This document shows, one piece after another, positions 58,823 through 64,000 of a DNA stretch of 64,000 bases. The position numbers were made by a program, and so were the translations under genes. Below the pieces are notes generated by a model. It saw only the letters and a program-made list of their open reading frames with translations, was not told the DNA's origin and did no database searches. The DNA is from an uncultured Chloroflexia bacterium (GTDB taxonomy: Bacteria > Chloroflexota > Chloroflexia > QHBQ01 > JADMIH01), in the NCBI GenBank assembly GCA_963797095.1, contig CAWCNY010000002.1:544001-608000 (forward strand). The letters run 5' to 3'. Within the stretch, counting starts at the first letter, position 1. The number at the start of each line of letters is the position of its first letter.

Positions 58823-60142
58823 ATGAGCAAAGTGCTGGCGGTTATTTTGGCGGGCGGCCAGGGTGAGCGCCTGAGCCTTTTGTCCGAGAAGCGTGCCAAG
58901 CCTGCGGTGCCGTTCGCTGGTAAGTACCGCATCATCGACTTCGCCCTGAGCAATTGCGTCAACTCCGATATTTACGACGTGGCTATCCTCACCCAGTACC
59001 GGCCCCATTCCCTCAACGATCACATCGGCATAGGCAAGCCATGGGACCTCGATAGGCGGCGGGGAGGGGTGCATCTACTTCAGCCATACGTTGGCCTCCA
59101 GGAGGCGGACTGGTACCAGGGTACGGCGGATGCGGTATACCAGAACCTCGACTTCATCATGGAGAGCAAGGCCGACTATGTGCTGATACTGGCGGGCGAC
59201 CATATCTATCGCATGGACTACAGGCCCATGATCTCTTTCCACCAGGTGCACTCGGCTGATGTGACCATGGGGGCTGCGGTGATACCTATAGAGGAGGGCT
59301 ATCGCTTTGGGATCTTGGAGACAGACTCTCAGGGGCAGGTAGTGTCGTTCGAGGAGAAACCGCCGGAACCTAAAGGCACGCTTGGCTCGATGGGCATATA
59401 CGTGTTCAACCGGGATGTACTGGCGAGGGTGCTGATGGAGGACGCCAGGACCCAGAGCAAGCACGACTTCGGGCGCAACATCATCCCTGGTATGCTGGAG
59501 CGCCGCGAGCGGGTGTTTGCCTTCCCGTTCAGCGGCTACTGGCAGGACGTGGGCACGGTCCAATCTTACTGGGAGACCCACATGGATCTGCTGGAGGAGA
59601 AGCCCGCGTTCGACCTGTACGACCGTTCGTGGGTGGTTCATACCCGCTCCGAAGAGCGGCCTGCCGCCCATGTGGAGCGTGGGTCGCGGGTGAGCAGAAG
59701 TCTGATCTCTCATGGGTGCATCATCAAGGGACAGGTAGAGCAGAGTGTGTTGTCTCCCGGTGTGGTGGTCGAGGAGGGGGCGGTGGTGCGCGGCTCTATC
59801 GTCTTCTCAGGGACGGTTATAGGCGCGGGCAGCGTGGTTGACCGCTCGATCCTCGATAAGGAAGTGGTGATCGGGCGCAACTGCCGGGTTGGGTATGGCG
59901 ACGACATGGCCCCCAACAAGCAGGAGCCGGACAGGCTGAACACCGGTATTACGCTGGTGGGCAAGCGTTCGCGCCTGCCCAACGATTTGACTGTGGGACG
60001 CAACTGCAAGATAGGCACCGACCTTACGCCGGAGGACTTCCCCGGCGGCGCGCTGGCGAGTGGCGAAACGGTAGAAGATAGAAGGTTTGCGCATGGTTGG
60101 GAGCGGGAAATGGCCCGCCGGGTTTTGCGTACTCGACCGTAG
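58823..60142 (+). CDS. glgC: Glucose-1-phosphate adenylyltransferase
   Basis: ILAGGQGERL, KRAKPAVPF, GTADAV, LAGDH, FEEKP, YWQDVGT. Confidence 0.95.
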   Translation: MSKVLAVILAGGQGERLSLLSEKRAKPAVPFAGKYRIIDFALSNCVNSDIYDVAILTQYRPHSLNDHIGIGKPWDLDRRRGGVHLLQPYVGLQEADWYQGTADAVYQNLDFIMESKADYVLILAGDHIYRMDYRPMISFHQVHSADVTMGAAVIPIEEGYRFGILETDSQGQVVSFEEKPPEPKGTLGSMGIYVFNRDVLARVLMEDARTQSKHDFGRNIIPGMLERRERVFAFPFSGYWQDVGTVQSYWETHMDLLEEKPAFDLYDRSWVVHTRSEERPAAHVERGSRVSRSLISHGCIIKGQVEQSVLSPGVVVEEGAVVRGSIVFSGTVIGAGSVVDRSILDKEVVIGRNCRVGYGDDMAPNKQEPDRLNTGITLVGKRSRLPNDLTVGRNCKIGTDLTPEDFPGGALASGETVEDRRFAHGWEREMARRVLRTRP

Positions 60143-60211
60143 AGCAGCCAGGTAGAGGAGCATAAGGTAGGTAGATAGCAGCAAGAGCAGGCAGAAAGGA
60201 CGGGTCGCGCC

Positions 60212-61522
60212 ATGAGTAAAGTACTGGCGGTAATTCTGGCCGGTGGCCGGGGTGAGGGGCTGTCTGCCCTCACGGAAAGGCGCTCGGAGGCGGCGGTGCC
60301 GTTCGCTGGCAAGTACCGCATCATCGACTTCGCCCTGAGCAACTGTGTCAACTCCGATATTTACGATGTGGCTGTGCTCACGCAGTACCAGCCGCAATCG
60401 TTGCGAGACCACATCGGCATCGGCAAGCCGTGGGACCTCGACAGGCGGCAGGGGGGTGTACATCTACTCCAGCCCTACATCGGTCGCCAGGAGTTGGGGT
60501 GGCAGAAGGGCACAGCGGACGCGGTGTACCAGAACCTCGACTTCATCATGGAGAGCAGGGCCGACTACGTGTTGATACTGGCGGGCGACCATATCTATCG
60601 TATGGACTACAGGCCCATGATCTCTTTCCACCAGCAGCGGGGAGCGGATGTTACGGTTGGTGCGGTGGTGGTGCGCCCTGAGGAAGGGTACCGCTTTGGC
60701 ATACTTGAGACCGATGCCGGGGGGCGGGTGGTGTCGTTCGAGGAGAAGCCGGGACAACCAAGAGGGTCGCTTGGCTCGATGGGTATATACGTGTTCAACC
60801 GGGAACTGCTTGCCCGGGTGGTGGTGGAGGATGCGGACGACGAGTCAAGCAGGCACGACTTCGGGCGGAATATCATCCCCGGCATGCTAGCGAGGGGCGA
60901 TAAGGCGTATGCATACCCGTTCACGGGCTACTGGCAGGACGTAGGCACTATAAAGGCCTACTGGGAGGCGCACATGGGCTTGCTTGAGGAACAGCCCGCA
61001 TTCGACCTGTACGACCCCGGCTGGGTGATCCACACCCTGTCAGAGGAACAGCCCCCCGCCTACATACACGATGGCGACCTGGTAACTGAGAGCCTGATCT
61101 CGCACGGGTGCATTATTAAAGGACGTGTGGAGCAGAGCGTGTTGTCTCCAGGTGTGGTTGTTGAGGAGGGGGCGGTGGTGCGCAATTCCATTGTCATGTT
61201 CGATACGGTGATTGGTGCGGGGAGCGTCGTGGACCGGGCGATCCTCGACAAGGAAGTGATCGTTGGCCGAAATTGCAGGGTTGGGTACGGCGACGACATG
61301 GCCCCCAACAAGCAGGAGCCGGATAAACTGGATACGGGCGTGACTGTGATCGGCAAGCGCTCGCACCTGCCTGATGGATTGACGGTGGGGCGCAACTGCA
61401 AGATAGGGGCGGGGGTGCACCCTGAGGATTTCCCCGGCGGCACCCTGGCGAGCGGCGATACGGTAGAGAACCGCTCGTTTGCCCACAACTGGGAGCGCGA
61501 GTTGGCTGCGAGTAGCGAGTAA
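60212..61522 (+). CDS. GlgC paralogue with altered catalytic motifs (GlgD-like subunit)
   Basis: Close tandem copy of glgC but GGRGEGL and RRSEAAVPF. Confidence 0.85.
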   Translation: MSKVLAVILAGGRGEGLSALTERRSEAAVPFAGKYRIIDFALSNCVNSDIYDVAVLTQYQPQSLRDHIGIGKPWDLDRRQGGVHLLQPYIGRQELGWQKGTADAVYQNLDFIMESRADYVLILAGDHIYRMDYRPMISFHQQRGADVTVGAVVVRPEEGYRFGILETDAGGRVVSFEEKPGQPRGSLGSMGIYVFNRELLARVVVEDADDESSRHDFGRNIIPGMLARGDKAYAYPFTGYWQDVGTIKAYWEAHMGLLEEQPAFDLYDPGWVIHTLSEEQPPAYIHDGDLVTESLISHGCIIKGRVEQSVLSPGVVVEEGAVVRNSIVMFDTVIGAGSVVDRAILDKEVIVGRNCRVGYGDDMAPNKQEPDKLDTGVTVIGKRSHLPDGLTVGRNCKIGAGVHPEDFPGGTLASGDTVENRSFAHNWERELAASSE

Positions 61523-61590
61523 ATAAGCAGTAAGCAATACGAAGCACGCAGTACGAGATGATCTCGTATCACAGGCAAAGGGGTGCACAA

Positions 61591-62820
61591 TTGGCAGAGT
61601 TGAACAAAGTTGCGATCTTTACCAAAGAGTATCCGCCCTATGTATATGGCGGCGCTGGGGTGCATGTGGAGTACCTTTGCCGCGAGCTATCGCGCCTGGT
61701 GCCCGTTGAAGTACGCTGCTTTGGCGACCAGGATATTCACGAAGGCAACCTCACGGTTAGGGGCTACAGGGAGTGGGGTGAGGCCAAACAAAACACCGAT
61801 CCGCGCTTCGCTGGCGCGGTGGACGCCTTCGCGCGCGACCTTGCCATGGCTAAGGACAACCTCGATGCCGGAATCGTGCACTGCCACACATGGTACGCCG
61901 ATATGGGCGGCCTATTGGCGGGCACGCTGTGGGGCGTACCCTACGTGCTGACCATACACTCTCTGGAGCCGTTGCGCCCCTGGAAGGTGGAGCAGCTCGG
62001 CAACGCCTACCACCTCAGCGCCTGGATGGAACGGACGGCCATCGAGCAGGCAGACGGTGTGATCGCGGTTTCCAGCGAAACGCGCGAGGATGTGCTGCGG
62101 CTCTTCAACGTCAAGCAGGAGAAAGTGCACGTCATCTACAACGGCATCGACCCCGACGAGTACCGCAAGACCGACAAGACGGACGCGCTGGTCCGCTACG
62201 GCGTCGATCCAGACAAACCTTTCGTGCTCTTCGTGGGGCGCATCACTCGCCAGAAGGGAATCATCCATCTGGTCAATGCGGTGCCTTACCTGGACCCCTC
62301 TTTGCAGGTGGTGTTGTGCGCGGGTGCCCCCGACACGCCGGAGATAGGGCGGGAGATGGCCGAACGGGTGCAGGCTGTAAGCGCGGATCGCCGGGGCGTG
62401 ATCTGGATACAGGAGATGCTAGCCCGTCCCGACGTGATCCAGATGTATTCGCGCTCGGCTGTTTTCTGCTGCCCATCGGTGTACGAGCCTTTCGGCATTA
62501 TCAATCTCGAAGCGATGGCCTGCGAAACGGCGGTAGTGGCCTCGGCGGTCGGCGGCATTAAAGAGGTGGTTGTGCCCGGCGAGACAGGTGTGCTGGTTGA
62601 CCCGCACTTGCGAGAGGGTACATTCGACCCTGAAGACCCAACACAATTCGCCCGCGACCTGGCCGAAGCGATCAACCGCGTGGCGCTGGATGACAAACTC
62701 CGAGCCGAATACGGTCATAACGGCAGACAGAGGGTGGAGGAGCACTTTAGCTGGGCGGCAATCGCCGAGCAGACACTTGCGCTCTATCGCACCCTGGTTG
62801 AGCAGGGTAAGAAGGTGTAG
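61591..62820 (+). CDS. glgA: GT4 glycogen synthase, Corynebacterium-type (GlgA/GlgM)
   Basis: EYPP.VYGGAGVHV, HSLEPLRPWK.EQLG, FVGRITRQKG, YEPFGIINLEAMAC. Confidence 0.9.
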   Translation: MAELNKVAIFTKEYPPYVYGGAGVHVEYLCRELSRLVPVEVRCFGDQDIHEGNLTVRGYREWGEAKQNTDPRFAGAVDAFARDLAMAKDNLDAGIVHCHTWYADMGGLLAGTLWGVPYVLTIHSLEPLRPWKVEQLGNAYHLSAWMERTAIEQADGVIAVSSETREDVLRLFNVKQEKVHVIYNGIDPDEYRKTDKTDALVRYGVDPDKPFVLFVGRITRQKGIIHLVNAVPYLDPSLQVVLCAGAPDTPEIGREMAERVQAVSADRRGVIWIQEMLARPDVIQMYSRSAVFCCPSVYEPFGIINLEAMACETAVVASAVGGIKEVVVPGETGVLVDPHLREGTFDPEDPTQFARDLAEAINRVALDDKLRAEYGHNGRQRVEEHFSWAAIAEQTLALYRTLVEQGKKV

Positions 62821-63058
62821 GAACCGAAGCTTACAGACAGAGTCTAGCGGCGATAAGATAAAAACATCTTCAAGCCGTTTGAGGAGGTGATCTATCTAAT
62901 AGATGTGCAAGGCTCGGTCTCCGCCGCCTGTAAAGTCTCCAGGCATTATGAGGGCATAAGTCTTGCTGCCCTCTAATGGTCGATTAGGCTGGATTGCTGT
63001 TGCCGGCAAAGCCGCTAACCGGCAGCCTCAACCCTCCTGTATAGGTCAAAGAGGAGGT

Positions 63059-63841
63059 ATGTCGATGAACGGAAACAGAATGAGCACCGCGACCATTATT
63101 CTTATAGTGGTAGCGGCCCTTGTTGGCTTCTTCTTCGGCACCGCTATAGATGCCGAAATAGGCAGCGTGGTGATTACCGGTAACGTGCTTTGGGGGCTTG
63201 TCTTCGCGGTGGTGTCGGCAGCCCTGGCCTACCTGGTCAGCACGCGCACCGACCGCACCGAGGTGACAGTTGAGGAGAATGGCTTGAGCCATTTCCTGTT
63301 CAAGGACCCGCGCTCAGGCGTTCTATGGCTGCCCGTGCGTGTCTTTGTGGGCCTCGATTGGGTGACTGCCGGCCTGCACAAATTAGGATCGTCCAGTTGG
63401 ATGAACGGTGGTGACGCCCTCAAGGGATTCTGGCAGAATGCCGTAGCGGTCCCCGATCCCCCCGCACACGCAGCTATCACCTATGACTGGTGGCGCAATT
63501 TCCTGCAGAGCCTGCTCGATAGCCAGGCTTATACCTGGTTCGGACCAGTGATCGCAGTAGGCGAAACATTGGTGGGACTGGGCCTGATCTTCGGGGCGCT
63601 GGTTGGAATAGCTTCATTCTTCGGTATCATGCTGAACACCAGCTTCCTGCTGTCAGGCTCGACCAGCAGCAACCCTATTCTACTGTTGCTCGGTATCTTG
63701 CTGATCCTGGCATGGAAGGTCGCAGGATGGATCGGGTTAGATAGGTGGCTGCTGCCTGCCCTCGGCACACCCTGGCACAAAGGCGCGTTGCTGGGCGGCA
63801 GGGTCGCAACACCCGCCCCGTCTGACTCCGGATCAGGGTGA
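63059..63841 (+). CDS. DoxX / TQO small subunit DoxD-like membrane protein
   Basis: R.FVG..W..AG..K, GE.LVG.GLI.G, SG..S.NP, G.IGLD. Confidence 0.85.
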   Translation: MSMNGNRMSTATIILIVVAALVGFFFGTAIDAEIGSVVITGNVLWGLVFAVVSAALAYLVSTRTDRTEVTVEENGLSHFLFKDPRSGVLWLPVRVFVGLDWVTAGLHKLGSSSWMNGGDALKGFWQNAVAVPDPPAHAAITYDWWRNFLQSLLDSQAYTWFGPVIAVGETLVGLGLIFGALVGIASFFGIMLNTSFLLSGSTSSNPILLLLGILLILAWKVAGWIGLDRWLLPALGTPWHKGALLGGRVATPAPSDSGSG

Positions 63842-64000
63842 TGAGTAGTTTCTAACCAGGGCGCGCAGAACCGCGCCTCTGCCCACTGCCCCAAGCAGCC
63901 TGCCGGATGCATCAACTACTGGTAATAGCTTAATCTCGCGCTGCACCAGCAAGCGCACAGCTTCGCCTATCGGGGTGCTGTCGAGGGCTGTCACCACGTT
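63833..64000 (-). CDS. CBS-domain protein, 3' end only
   Basis: Manual translation NVVTALDSTPIGEAVRLLVQREIKLLPVVDASGRLLGAV...SSP*. Confidence 0.75.
   Translation of the reverse strand, partial: NVVTALDSTPIGEAVRLLVQREIKLLPVVDASGRLLGAVGRGAVLRALVRNYSSP

Overview
Bacterial chromosome segment, most likely Chloroflexota (Chloroflexi-type 'FPETG...GGL..FGYPISE..YFERA' repeat proteins, an SLH protein with Cys-flanked SLH repeats, tandem glgC genes). Housekeeping and metabolic genes: uvrB carrying a 561-aa LAGLIDADG intein in its Walker A motif, glgC/glgC-like/glgA, fused 2-oxoacid dehydrogenase E1, nfeD-slipin, oppC/oppB-type permeases. Accessory content: a GT2/GT-C glycosyltransferase cluster, three decayed IS elements, two type II toxin-antitoxin pairs, and an internally deleted comM whose 3' end is duplicated around two cargo genes. 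Best finds: (1) two adjacent ORFs (28267-28962) that read as one MerB-like protein with an in-frame TGA at a catalytic-Cys position followed by a SECIS-like hairpin, i.e. a probable selenoprotein outside any mer operon; (2) many 7-nt-periodic repeat arrays of differing sequence, including in-frame insertions in one membrane protein; (3) a ~770-nt hairpin-rich, apparently non-coding unit bounded by a promoter-like motif and a terminator (20350-21121); (4) the comM 3'-end replacement structure; (5) a C-rich to G-rich strand-skew inversion across the window. All calls are by eye from motifs; no database searches were run.
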